Positions 8,625 to 21,027 of a stretch of DNA of 64,000 nucleotides are shown here, piece after piece. The notes beneath the pieces are model-generated. The model saw only the letters and a program-made list of their open reading frames with translations, searched no databases and was not told the origin of the DNA. The DNA is from Sulfolobaceae archaeon. GTDB taxonomy: Archaea > Thermoproteota > Thermoprotei_A > Sulfolobales > Sulfolobaceae. The stretch is from positions 1 through 64,000 of the forward strand of contig JAWARQ010000005.1 in assembly GCA_038893355.1 (NCBI GenBank), read 5' to 3'. Both the position numbers and the translations under genes were made by a program. Every line of letters begins with the position of its first letter. The first letter of the stretch is position 1.

Positions 8625-10223
8625 TTAAATCACCTCAAACTTATATTCATTAAATGATTCTATTTCCTTCAGTCCTAGTTTATTACTTACTAATTGTATG
8701 AGTTTACTCTTAATAGCATTTTCACTCTCTTGTAATTTACTCTTATCGTTAGTAACGAATACAGCAAGACTTCTACTAACTTCTGGTATGTATTTTAAAT
8801 AAGTTATTAACTTCTTCTTAATTTCCTCTTCCTTCTTCTTTTCATGAATATATTCCTTTAACTTTCTACCCGCTTGCATTATTGCGTTCTTAATCTCTTT
8901 CTCTATTTCCTCCACCTCAGCTATACTCTCCTTACCTGCACTCTTGAATGGAATCTTAGTACTGCATAAATGTACCATAACAACTAATGGCATTAGCTCC
9001 TCCTCAATCCCATACCTCTTCCAATCAATTTCACTTACTACTTTCCATGAAACGTCAGACTTCTCATCATAGATTAAGGGCACTTTATTAGCATATCTTA
9101 ATAATAACGGTTCACTGTTGGGCTGAATAGATCCACCATATGCTAAACCGACCTCTACTATAAATGGATGACCTTGATATGCTTTAGGTTTACGAGTAAC
9201 TGCAGTTACGAATTCTGGATTAAATATCTTTTTAAGACCTAAAATTATTAATTCCTCACCTATTACAGAAAGTGGTTCAGCAGAAGGTGGTCTAAAATCT
9301 TCAAATTTCTTCATCACCTCAACTAATCTTACAATTTCTTCATCACTGAGAGAACGTACATCTTTTTTCCCATCTATCTTTGATAGTTCAAGAAGTTTAT
9401 CAGCTGTAGCATCTCCTACACTCTGAAACTCATTTATAAGAAACTCTCTAACAGTTTTACTATCAGATTTATTTTGGATAAGTGACTTTATTAATTCAGC
9501 ATCAACACCATAAGGATGAGGTTTAACCTCTTTCGGAGGCTTAGGTAATTTAGTAGTTAATCTAGGAAAATAATTTACATTACCCTCTGGATCTTTAAAT
9601 ATAAATTCAGCATAGGGCGAAATTATATATGTCCTCTTTATATACTCATAAACCTTTTGTTTAATCCTAGGCCAATCTGCATAAAGATAAATTGTAACAC
9701 TAGTACCATGCCATCCGTTTAAATTAGATGTTGAATATCTCTCATAGACAATAGGCTCGTTCTTATTAATATCAATTTTTAATTTTACTGTATATATCCT
9801 CTTACTACCTATTGGAGAGCTTGAAACTTCAATAGGCCTTTCTTGATACATTTGACTATATAGTACAGCAGCCTTTACTCCAAGACCATACATACCCCTG
9901 GTTTGCCTAATTACATACTTTGAACTGTAAAGAACTTTCCCAAATGCATAAGGTATAATATGTGGTGGAATTCCTATTCCATTATCCTCCACATTAACTC
10001 TGTAAATTTGTTTCTGTTCGTCTATTAGGTCAATACTAATTTTTATTGTAGGAAGTATTCCATGGACGTCAGTAGCATCTAAAGAATTTTCAACTAACTC
10101 TTTAATAGTTTGATAAAGTGCTCTTGCAGGATTCGCAAATCCAACTAATTCTGGGTTCTTCTTAAAGAACTCAGCAGGAGAGATGCTAGTAAATTTCTCT
10201 CTAGTAACCTCCAAAAGTGCCAC
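8625..10223 (-). CDS. top6B: DNA topoisomerase VI subunit B
   Basis: ELVENSLDA, DNGIG and RGMYGLG GHKL motifs; KSAGKE transducer. Confidence 0.97.
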   Translation of the reverse strand: MALLEVTREKFTSISPAEFFKKNPELVGFANPARALYQTIKELVENSLDATDVHGILPTIKISIDLIDEQKQIYRVNVEDNGIGIPPHIIPYAFGKVLYSSKYVIRQTRGMYGLGVKAAVLYSQMYQERPIEVSSSPIGSKRIYTVKLKIDINKNEPIVYERYSTSNLNGWHGTSVTIYLYADWPRIKQKVYEYIKRTYIISPYAEFIFKDPEGNVNYFPRLTTKLPKPPKEVKPHPYGVDAELIKSLIQNKSDSKTVREFLINEFQSVGDATADKLLELSKIDGKKDVRSLSDEEIVRLVEVMKKFEDFRPPSAEPLSVIGEELIILGLKKIFNPEFVTAVTRKPKAYQGHPFIVEVGLAYGGSIQPNSEPLLLRYANKVPLIYDEKSDVSWKVVSEIDWKRYGIEEELMPLVVMVHLCSTKIPFKSAGKESIAEVEEIEKEIKNAIMQAGRKLKEYIHEKKKEEEIKKKLITYLKYIPEVSRSLAVFVTNDKSKLQESENAIKSKLIQLVSNKLGLKEIESFNEYKFEVI

Positions 10224-10249
10224 CCTTTATAACTTAATACTTTTACTAC

Positions 10250-12636
<2,387 letters not shown>

Positions 12637-12674
12637 TTCAATTTATAAATAGTCTCGATCAGATATAAATTCAT

Positions 12675-12729
12675 TGGATGAAGATAGTAGCGGACTCTGA
12701 GATAATTGATGAAAAATAAGCCTCAGATC
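12675..12729 (+). ncRNA. Box C/D sRNA candidate
   Basis: C ATGAAGA - TAGTAGCGGACT - D' CTGA - C' TTGATGA - AAAATAAGCCT - D CAGA, in the gap between rtcB and the TRASH gene. Confidence 0.6.
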
Positions 12730-12959
12730 TTCTTTTCACTTTTTTTCTTTTTTATCTCAATCATTTCTTCATACTTTTTTAATATTGTTTTTATACTACT
12801 GGAAATACATCCTTTTTCTGAATTCTCGACAACTTGCCTTAAGAACTTATACGCACAATCCTTACTATGAAAGGTTAGTGTTTCATCAGCTATGTTAATT
12901 ATTATACCTTGACCTTTAGGGAATTTCCTACCACAAACATTACAATTGAAATACTCCAT
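12723..12959 (-). CDS. TRASH/L24e-like zinc-binding protein
   Basis: CNVCG...FHSKDC metal-binding pattern. Confidence 0.7.
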   Translation of the reverse strand: MEYFNCNVCGRKFPKGQGIIINIADETLTFHSKDCAYKFLRQVVENSEKGCISSSIKTILKKYEEMIEIKKKKSEKKI

Positions 12960-13034
12960 ATCCAGAGCGTTGAATTTAAATTTTTAAGAATTACCGTATT
13001 CTGTGCTGTAATTATAGTTAAGGTGATAACGAAA

Positions 13035-15830
13035 TTGATGAAGTTAGATGAGCGTATAGAGAGGCTAATAAGGGAGAAGAATTGGCAAAATCTTAATGAG
13101 ATACAGATTGAAGCTATAGAGAATATTCTAGCAGGTAAGAATGTTATTATAGTAGCACCTACGGGTTATGGTAAAACGGAAGCTGCTCTTTTACCAATTT
13201 TACATAAAATGCTAAATAGTCAAATCAGTCCAGTTACGGTTCTTTACATAACACCATTAAAGGCTTTAATAAATGATTTAACTTATCGAATATCATGGTG
13301 GGCTTCAAAGTTAGGCTTTCTAGTAAATAGAAAGCACGCAGAAGTACCACAAAAGGAAAAGAACTTAAGATTAAGGAGAATTCCTCATATCTTAGTAACA
13401 ACTCCAGAAGGATTAGAAATTGATCTAGATTGGGCTTCTAAATTTAGAGAATATTATAAGAATGTTAGGTGGGTAATAGTTGATGAAGTGCATGACATAA
13501 TTTCTTCTAAAAGAGGTGCTCAATTATTAATACTCTTAGAGAGGCTGAAGGTTATAGCGGGGGACTTTCAGAGAATAGGATTATCAGCAACCATAGGAAA
13601 TGTAGATAAGGTAGCAAAGCTTTTATTTGGTTCTTCATTAAGAGAAGGAGTTATTATAAAAAATAAAATCGGTAAGAATTTTGATTTAAAAATATTTAAA
13701 GTACCTAATCAAGGTGATATTTGGCGTAGTAGTGCAGCTTTCATTGCACAACGCATTGAGCCACCAACATTAATATTTACAAATTCTAGATTTTCTACAG
13801 AGAGGTTGCATGAGGAGTTAGAAAAAGAGTACGGTTATAGTGATGGAATTTATGTTCACCATTCTTCAATATCTAGAGAAATAAAGGATAAGGTAGAAAA
13901 TAGCCTAAGGAATGGATTAGCTAAGGTGGTAATATGTACCAAGACTTTAGAGCTTGGAATTGATATTGGTAATATTAATAAGGTCATAATGTATAGACCA
14001 CCACCCACTGTCTCCTCTTTCTTACAAAGACTAGGTAGAAGTGGACATTCTAAGGAATCAATCTCGAGGGGTGAGATAGTTTGTGTATATGATTATGAAA
14101 TTTGGGAATCTTTGGCCTTATATTCACTTAGTATTGCGGGGAAATTGGAAGAGCCAAATATTATACCATACTTAGATGTAGTTGCTAGGGAAATTCTGGG
14201 AATTACACTTCAGTATGGTAGGATTAAGGTTGAAGATATATATAATATAATTACTAGCTCTATTTTATATAAAGAATTAAAATTTGATGAATTTAATGAA
14301 ATAGTTAAATATCTTATAAAAAATAATTTATTAAAAATTAATAATAATGAACTTTCAATAGGTCCATTATTCTTTAAGATTTGGAGATTTAAAAAAGATA
14401 ATAAAAAGGGTTGGAGTAAAGGGTTCTCAGAGTTTTTTTCATTCATTAAAAACAATGAGACATTTTATGTTAAGCACAATGAGTCGATTATAGGGGAAAT
14501 AGATGCTATCTACGTATATAAGCATATCAGACCGGGTGATATTATAAGAATTAGTGGAAAATTATGGAAGGTCTCCAAAATAGATTCTAATAAATCTACA
14601 ATTGATGTTATTCCTTCAAATGAAGCTGAAGGAGAGATACCGATCTGGAAGGGAGAGAACATTTCTAAATCACCTTACTTTATAGATGAAATAGAAAGAA
14701 TTTTCCATAATGAGGATTGGGACTCTAACATTTTAGATAGTTCTCTATCTCAGACATTAGAATCATTCTTCGAATATTATAAGAGAAATAATTTACCATT
14801 ACCATCGAAGAAGCTACTTTTCGTGGAAAATCCCCAAGAAGATGAATGGGTATATAGCACTCTAATAAATGAAAAAGTATCTAATACTTTAGCCCACTTA
14901 CTTCTTTATCTTGCTACTAAGGAATACGGATTTAATGTATACGTTAAATCATCAATATACGGCTTCTCGATAAAGGGAGTAAGGAAGAATTTGCTAGAAG
15001 AAATATTAAAGGAAGATGAAAAGAAGATTAAAGAACTTATAATTAAGGCAATCTTACGATCTCCCTTGCTCTTTGCTACCATTAAAGAGATTAAATACAG
15101 TTTTGGAAAGGTAGGTAAGGTAGATTTTAAGGAAGATAATCTAATAGTTAAGGAGGCACTAAAGCAGACGATATCTAAGTATTTTAGTATTAAAAATACA
15201 TTAAATTACATAAAATTACTAAAAAATGGTAACATAAAGATAATACAACTTAATTTCTTAACGAGACTTGGAGAAATAGTAATTTCTAATGCACCTATTA
15301 GACCTTGGATTTATGATATTTTTAGCACTATTTACACACATCTTAAAGGCAGTGCCTACACTTTAAAAGAGCTTTCAGAGATTATAGGCATTACACCAAA
15401 AACTCTAGAAAGTAAGCTAAAGCTAATGAGAAAGCCGGGTTCACCTTTTAGAGTTGTTTCATTTATAGACATAGAAACTAAGGAGAATAGATGGTGTCTA
15501 TTGGAAGAGCTAGAGGAAATATATTCCAGTGAAGATTATTCCTCCTCATTTACGCCGATCAAGCTAGATGAGGTTTATATTGTAGTATTTCGATTACCAA
15601 ATGATAATACTACCTCAGAAATAATAGTAAAGGTTAATGAAATTTATGAAAATCCGAAGGAATTTAGAAAAAGGATTCCTTATGATGAAATTATAGAGGT
15701 TAGAATTAAGGATCCCCATGATCCTATAGTCTATAACATGTCTCCCAGATATTATTATGTAAATCGAAATGCAATTCCGTATTTAATACTTAATGCTATA
15801 ACTTATATTCAAGCTACTAAATACTTATAA
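13035..15830 (+). CDS. lhr: Lhr-family SF2 helicase (probably aLhr3 type)
   Basis: APTGYGKT, DEVH, SAT, LELGIDIG and QRLGRSGH motifs. Start at TTG 13035 or ATG 13038 after an AGGTGA SD; the track start at 12909 overlaps the divergent gene. Confidence 0.85.
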   Translation: MMKLDERIERLIREKNWQNLNEIQIEAIENILAGKNVIIVAPTGYGKTEAALLPILHKMLNSQISPVTVLYITPLKALINDLTYRISWWASKLGFLVNRKHAEVPQKEKNLRLRRIPHILVTTPEGLEIDLDWASKFREYYKNVRWVIVDEVHDIISSKRGAQLLILLERLKVIAGDFQRIGLSATIGNVDKVAKLLFGSSLREGVIIKNKIGKNFDLKIFKVPNQGDIWRSSAAFIAQRIEPPTLIFTNSRFSTERLHEELEKEYGYSDGIYVHHSSISREIKDKVENSLRNGLAKVVICTKTLELGIDIGNINKVIMYRPPPTVSSFLQRLGRSGHSKESISRGEIVCVYDYEIWESLALYSLSIAGKLEEPNIIPYLDVVAREILGITLQYGRIKVEDIYNIITSSILYKELKFDEFNEIVKYLIKNNLLKINNNELSIGPLFFKIWRFKKDNKKGWSKGFSEFFSFIKNNETFYVKHNESIIGEIDAIYVYKHIRPGDIIRISGKLWKVSKIDSNKSTIDVIPSNEAEGEIPIWKGENISKSPYFIDEIERIFHNEDWDSNILDSSLSQTLESFFEYYKRNNLPLPSKKLLFVENPQEDEWVYSTLINEKVSNTLAHLLLYLATKEYGFNVYVKSSIYGFSIKGVRKNLLEEILKEDEKKIKELIIKAILRSPLLFATIKEIKYSFGKVGKVDFKEDNLIVKEALKQTISKYFSIKNTLNYIKLLKNGNIKIIQLNFLTRLGEIVISNAPIRPWIYDIFSTIYTHLKGSAYTLKELSEIIGITPKTLESKLKLMRKPGSPFRVVSFIDIETKENRWCLLEELEEIYSSEDYSSSFTPIKLDEVYIVVFRLPNDNTTSEIIVKVNEIYENPKEFRKRIPYDEIIEVRIKDPHDPIVYNMSPRYYYVNRNAIPYLILNAITYIQATKYL

Positions 15831-15832
15831 GT

Positions 15833-15886
15833 AAAATGATGAAGTGCCCAAAGATGAAATGTGATTAAGGCTCGTGTTTCTGATCT
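15833..15886 (+). ncRNA. Box C/D sRNA
   Basis: C ATGATGA - AGTGCCCAAAG - D' ATGA - C' GTGATTA - AGGCTCGTGTTT - D CTGA, immediately after the lhr stop. Confidence 0.78.
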
Positions 15887-15935
15887 CAGAAAGATTTATT
15901 TTTTAAATATTTATTGGGGTGAAAGTGAAGTTAAG

Positions 15936-16214
15936 ATGTCAAAATCCTCGCCTAATGAGAAAGTAATCAATATTACAAAAAATAAAAGCGTAGGGGATTA
16001 TGTCTTAGATGTAATAGCAGAATTCAATAGAGGTTTCGAGACTATAATACTAAAAGGTTTTGGAAAGGAGATTTCAAAGACTGTAGATGTTTATAATAGT
16101 TTAGTCGATAGATTAAAGGATGGTATAGTGTTAGAAAACGTTAGTACGGGCAGTGAAATTAAAGATAGAAGAAGGATTTCATATATTCTCATAAGAATAA
16201 GGCGTGTTTATTAA
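15936..16214 (+). CDS. albA2: DNA/RNA-binding protein Alba2
   Basis: DYVLDVI..., IILKGFGKEISKTVDVYN and DRRRISYILIRI fit Sso10b2; ATG at 15936. Confidence 0.88.
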   Translation: MSKSSPNEKVINITKNKSVGDYVLDVIAEFNRGFETIILKGFGKEISKTVDVYNSLVDRLKDGIVLENVSTGSEIKDRRRISYILIRIRRVY

Positions 16215-19200
16215 AATCTTGTCCACTTCGCCAAAATTACTTAACTCATTAAGAAGTGAATATACTGCCTCCTCTAATGTTACTTTGCCGGCAGATATCA
16301 TGTCCATTACCTTAAACATTTCTGCCGTTCTAGTTTCCGAAGTTAAATCGTAAAATTTACTATCTAATAACTTAAGTACGTCCTCACCCTTCTTAGTTGC
16401 TATTAATAATGATTTTTTCCTACTCTCTACAATATAACCATGCCTTAGTAAATTTCTAATTGTACTGATATAAGTGCTTGGTCTTCCAAGATTTCTTAAC
16501 TTCATCTCTCTTATTATGCTAGCATAGTCATATAATGAAACCTGGGAACCCTTTCTGATCTTTACATCTACTTTCACTTCACCTATTGGTATCTCATAAA
16601 CTCTTATTGGATAAATTATAGTAAAACCATTATAAGCGGAAATAGGTACCTCGATGACTTCTTTAATATTGTTACTTATATAAACCTCAAACTTCCCAAT
16701 AATCACCTCAGAAAACTTCATTTGACTGGCTATAAATCTTCTAAATATTAAGTCATATAATAATAAATGCTTTTTTGTAATATTATTATAATATCCAAAA
16801 TCCAACAAATTATCTCTTAACTCTTCTGCATCCATAGATGTAGTTGGTCTTATTGCCTCATGTGCACCTTCTTTTGACCACTCTCTACCTACGAATAAAC
16901 TAACTATCCCCTTCTTCTCCAAATAATTTTTAGCTATCGAAATACCTTGGGATGACACCCTAATGCTATCTGTCCTATGATAAGTTATTAGACCCATTTC
17001 AAATAGGTCTTGTGCTAACTTCATAGTGAGACTACCATTAAATCCGAGAACTCTATAAGCCTCCTCTAACATAGTGTCAGTAGTGAAGGGAGGAGGTGAC
17101 ATCATTACATCTTTTCTTTCATCTATTTTAATTATCCTGATAGAGGTAACTAAGTACTTATTCGCTTCATCCTTATTTTTAAAATATTTCTTTAAGATGT
17201 AATTACCTATTGGAATTATTACGAGCCAGCCAATCTTTTCCTTATACTCCTTAGTTCTCTCACTTATAATTCTTAACACAGGGGTCTGGACTCTCCCCGC
17301 TCCATGATTAAGCTCATTAAATTTAGATTTTAAGTAATTACTAAGACTGAAGCCTATCCATCGATCTTCAATTCTCCTGAAAATCTGAGAATTAACTAAA
17401 TTAACATCTATCTTTTGCAGGTTCCTTAAACCGTTAATTATTCCATGCCTTGTTACTTCGTTATACTTTAACCTATAGACATTTGGATTATAGGGTGAAA
17501 CAATTACTGCTATATCATATGCGATCTTTTCTCCTTCCGTATCAGGGTCAGTTGCTATATATACTTCGTCTACCTCACTTGCCAATATCCTTATAGCGTT
17601 AACTATACTTAAGCTTCCTACAATCTTCTCAGACCCACAGTAGGGGCACCGATCTAGCGTGATAGAGAACGATTTACCACAATCTCTACATCTATATATA
17701 TTCTCGTATATTGGGGAAATCTTGTTTTTATTAAGATTCAATTCCACACCATACAAGCCTGTATCTCTAAGTGTTAAGTCAAATATGTGACCCCTTGAGG
17801 CCATAATATCTAAAACCCATACGTTACTTCCATCAATTATCATGGTTTCATAAATAGTTATATTACCAATTTGCCTCTTACTAGGTTTTCCAAACAATTT
17901 TGAAATAGTCCTAGCTTTTGTGGGAGATTCTACTATTAATAAAGCTGTTTTTACATTAACTCTCTTCTTCCCTTCTTCTGAAACTTCACTTCTACTTTTT
18001 TCTAATTTCTCTTTAATCTCCGTAAGATTAAGTTCACTTACATTATAAATAACTATATCCTCAAGGAATCTTCTTAACTTCTTTTTAAATATATTAAATA
18101 CATCAAGATCGTCTACGAGAATAATTGAAAGACCTAAAGTTAGACCATTATTTAACAATCTGCTCGTCCTACCAGAACCCTGAAGGTAGGTAATTATATC
18201 TGGGTAAAGGACGAATGTTTCTTTATTTTGTTTATAAATTAATATATTTTCAGAAATTATTTTAGTATTATTAATACTATTTATTTTTTCTTTAATTTCA
18301 TTAATATATACTTCCATTATACTTTTAATACTAGAAAGCTTTTGAGTTAGTGTTAAATTAGGTGATTTAAAGGAGAGTCTTAGTAGATTAAGTTCTGAAG
18401 TAGATAATCTAACTATACTCCTTTCTAGCTCCTCCATATTCAATTCTAAAGCTTTCCCAATCCTAACTAGTTGGATAGGACTATGCAGTGCCTCTTCTAT
18501 CTTTATTCTATTTTTTGGAACACCGTAAAATATTGCATATTTTATCCTCTTGGGCTCATCTATGCCTCTTACTGCTACACCGTAGTAGCTTGCAGAACCT
18601 AGTACAATATCAACTTCTCCCCTAGATAGTTTATCTAAGAATTTTTTACCACTTTTACCTATTCCAACTCTAAATCCTAGATTCTCGATCCTCTCTGCGA
18701 TTTTTTCTAACTCTCCACTGTATTCCCTAGATATTAGTATTAGCCCACCACTCCCTAAAGAGCTAACTAAGTTTTCAAACTCACTAATATCTGCATAGGA
18801 GTCTATAATATTCCTAGCATAAACATTAGCTGTAGAGAGTTCGAAACCAGTTAAGTATCTTAATGCAATTTGTTTTAACCCTTTAGGTCTTAATGTTGCA
18901 CTAGCAACTACAAATTGTGCTGTCGGTTTTACTTTGCTTAATTTTCCTTCCAGCCTATTGATTTCCTCTAATATTTCCTTACCTATTTCAGAATCTTTAT
19001 ATAATACATAATTACGCTTTAATTTAACTAATTTTAGCGCAGCATTATAATCCTCCTCGGAAATTCCAAGTAATTGAACTATTCTATCAGTTATTTTTCC
19101 GCTCTTTATAACAGCATCTGCATCGTCAACTATAATTAATTTAGGCCTATAATCTTTAATTTTACTAAAATTCTTGTTTATATATGAAAAAGTTACTATA

Positions 19201-19697
19201 TTTATACTATTATTTCCTATTTTACCGCATTCAACAATTATATTTCTAGGAAATTTTTTACATATCTGTTCCATTAACGATCTAGTAGGTACTATATATA
19301 GTACTTCTCTACCTAAGTAAGAAGAATAGACTATAAGGGTGGTAGTTTTTCCCATTCCAGTCGGTGCTGTCATAGAGAAACTTTTACCGTCTGCAAACCT
19401 TCTTAACCATAGTTTTTGAAGACTCCACGGCTCTTTTCCTACAATAGTTTTAAAATAAGAATATAATTCTCTGGCGGATTCTAATGAGTAATACGTATGT
19501 GAGAAAAGGTTAAGTGTTCCATTCTCTACTAGAATATTATATATGAATTTTATTTTTTCTTCATATTCTAAATTCCTTACATGATCTAACGAGAGATTTG
19601 GAATGCACTTTTCACATGGAACGCCAGCTAGTGCTCTAGACGCTTCTATAGGACCATTGCAATTAGGGCAACTGTTCATGTATACTGGCTCAATCAT
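16179..19697 (-). CDS. rgy: Reverse gyrase (TopR2 type)
   Basis: N-terminal CPNC/CEKC zinc finger, APTGMGKTT, DDAD, IVESPTKA TOPRIM, second zinc finger, ITYHRTDS catalytic Tyr. Confidence 0.96.
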   Translation of the reverse strand: MIEPVYMNSCPNCNGPIEASRALAGVPCEKCIPNLSLDHVRNLEYEEKIKFIYNILVENGTLNLFSHTYYSLESARELYSYFKTIVGKEPWSLQKLWLRRFADGKSFSMTAPTGMGKTTTLIVYSSYLGREVLYIVPTRSLMEQICKKFPRNIIVECGKIGNNSINIVTFSYINKNFSKIKDYRPKLIIVDDADAVIKSGKITDRIVQLLGISEEDYNAALKLVKLKRNYVLYKDSEIGKEILEEINRLEGKLSKVKPTAQFVVASATLRPKGLKQIALRYLTGFELSTANVYARNIIDSYADISEFENLVSSLGSGGLILISREYSGELEKIAERIENLGFRVGIGKSGKKFLDKLSRGEVDIVLGSASYYGVAVRGIDEPKRIKYAIFYGVPKNRIKIEEALHSPIQLVRIGKALELNMEELERSIVRLSTSELNLLRLSFKSPNLTLTQKLSSIKSIMEVYINEIKEKINSINNTKIISENILIYKQNKETFVLYPDIITYLQGSGRTSRLLNNGLTLGLSIILVDDLDVFNIFKKKLRRFLEDIVIYNVSELNLTEIKEKLEKSRSEVSEEGKKRVNVKTALLIVESPTKARTISKLFGKPSKRQIGNITIYETMIIDGSNVWVLDIMASRGHIFDLTLRDTGLYGVELNLNKNKISPIYENIYRCRDCGKSFSITLDRCPYCGSEKIVGSLSIVNAIRILASEVDEVYIATDPDTEGEKIAYDIAVIVSPYNPNVYRLKYNEVTRHGIINGLRNLQKIDVNLVNSQIFRRIEDRWIGFSLSNYLKSKFNELNHGAGRVQTPVLRIISERTKEYKEKIGWLVIIPIGNYILKKYFKNKDEANKYLVTSIRIIKIDERKDVMMSPPPFTTDTMLEEAYRVLGFNGSLTMKLAQDLFEMGLITYHRTDSIRVSSQGISIAKNYLEKKGIVSLFVGREWSKEGAHEAIRPTTSMDAEELRDNLLDFGYYNNITKKHLLLYDLIFRRFIASQMKFSEVIIGKFEVYISNNIKEVIEVPISAYNGFTIIYPIRVYEIPIGEVKVDVKIRKGSQVSLYDYASIIREMKLRNLGRPSTYISTIRNLLRHGYIVESRKKSLLIATKKGEDVLKLLDSKFYDLTSETRTAEMFKVMDMISAGKVTLEEAVYSLLNELSNFGEVDKILINTPYSYENI

Positions 19698-19965
19698 TCT
19701 AGATACTGTCTTTATAGGATATGACTATTTAAAGGAAATAACTAAGTGTTACTATTGCAAATCTGTGATATATAGTAAAAATCTGGAAAATTTTTAATTT
19801 TATTTGAATAAATTAAGTTTTATAAAAATAATTTATTTATAACTATTAAGTTCTTAGCTAGAAAAATATTACTTCAAGTAAATTATAGTACCTTAGTTAT
19901 ATTTATAGAATTCATGGATAACTTTTTTAAGTAGATATGATATGTATCTTCCGGTTGGTGGTCAA

Positions 19966-20262
19966 ATGAGTACAGCAGCTCCAACACCAAGCAATGTAGT
20001 ATTAGTAGGTAAAAAGCCAGTAATGAATTATGTATTAGCTGCCTTAACTCTATTAAATCAAGGTGTAAATGAAATAGTAATTAAGGCAAGAGGTAAAGCA
20101 ATCAGTAAAGCTGTAGATACTGTAGAAATTGTAAGAAATAGATTCCTACCAAATAATGTAGATATTAAAGAAATCAAGATAGGAAGCCAAGTTGTAACAG
20201 GTCAGAATGGCAGGCAGTCAAGAGTTTCCACAATAGAAATAACGATAAGGAAAAAAGCATAA
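19966..20262 (+). CDS. albA1: DNA/RNA-binding protein Alba1
   Basis: [27 protein letters not shown] and [10 protein letters not shown] motifs; ATG at 19966 after a GGTGG SD. Confidence 0.97.
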   Translation: MSTAAPTPSNVVLVGKKPVMNYVLAALTLLNQGVNEIVIKARGKAISKAVDTVEIVRNRFLPNNVDIKEIKIGSQVVTGQNGRQSRVSTIEITIRKKA

Positions 20263-20344
20263 AAAGATAAAATAATGTTTTTAAGTTGTTTTCTTAAAAG
20301 CCCTATAGTAAAAATATATACTTGTCCAGCCTTATTATCCTTAA

Positions 20345-20665
20345 ATGTCTGAGCCTGTATTTAAAATGGAATTTGAAGGGAAGGCAAAAATAGGGGAAAT
20401 ATTTAGTGGATTTAAAGCAATACAATTAAGGCCAGAAGATTTATCTAGTCCAATATCATTTCAAATGGCGTTAAGTAGAATATATCAAGAACTTATGAAC
20501 GCATTCTCTCAACCTCCAAGAAAGCATTATGTTGCAGAAGTCAAATTTACTGATTCTTTAGGGAATCCTATTGTCTTAGGAGTTGATTTAGGTGAAAAAG
20601 TACCACCGTTAAGTAAGAAAGAAGTCAAGGTTAGGATAGTTGTAGAATTTTACGATGAGGAGTAA
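20345..20665 (+). CDS. Conserved hypothetical protein
   Basis: 106-aa ORF with typical composition and an upstream TATA-like element. Confidence 0.75.
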   Translation: MSEPVFKMEFEGKAKIGEIFSGFKAIQLRPEDLSSPISFQMALSRIYQELMNAFSQPPRKHYVAEVKFTDSLGNPIVLGVDLGEKVPPLSKKEVKVRIVVEFYDEE

Positions 20666-20940
20666 AATTTGCCCTTCCTTCTCCTGCGGTTTCTAAGCTG
20701 AAGGTAATCATAAGTAAACATAAATAAAAATTCCTCAAAGGGGTATAATCTGTAATTGAACTCTGATAACCTCGAAGCTAAGCCTATTTTATTAAAATAT
20801 TTTAGTGTACTAATTATAACTTTTTTTGAAAAATAAGGTTTTAATACTTCAAATGCTTCTCCTAAATTAAAAGTTTCATATTTAAATTTTTTATATAAAA
20901 GAAAATAAATTACAATCTCCCTCTTTTTAATCCACCTCAT
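20650..20940 (-). CDS. Hypothetical winged-helix-like protein
   Basis: FNLGEAFEVL..SKKVIISTLKYFNKIGLA wHTH-like pattern. ATG at 20940 is preferred because the TTG at 20949 is part of the sRNA D box. Confidence 0.6.
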   Translation of the reverse strand: MRWIKKREIVIYFLLYKKFKYETFNLGEAFEVLKPYFSKKVIISTLKYFNKIGLASRLSEFNYRLYPFEEFLFMFTYDYLQLRNRRRRKGKFYSSS

Positions 20941-20943
20941 GCT

Positions 20944-21005
20944 AATCAACTGCCTGGTTACTCTTCATCTTATTCTTATCAGACCTTACGAGTTCTATCA
21001 TCGCT
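20944..21005 (-). ncRNA. Box C/D sRNA (guides fit tRNA-Val(UAC))
   Basis: Minus strand: C GATGATA - GAACTCGTAAGGT - D' CTGA - C' ATGAAGA - GTAACCAGGCAG - D TTGA. Confidence 0.72.
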
Positions 21006-21027
21006 TTATCTTTAATAATATTAACTA

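Noticed and set aside
12685-12696. sRNA guide TAGTAGCGGACT matching the tRNA-Arg 3' end and trailer (GTCCGCTACT, 57593-57602)
   Set aside because: A 10-nt match that depends on trailer sequence and would place methylation at C72; plausibly chance.
15936-20262. Reverse gyrase flanked by albA2 and albA1
   Set aside because: Already known synteny in Sulfolobales; not novel.
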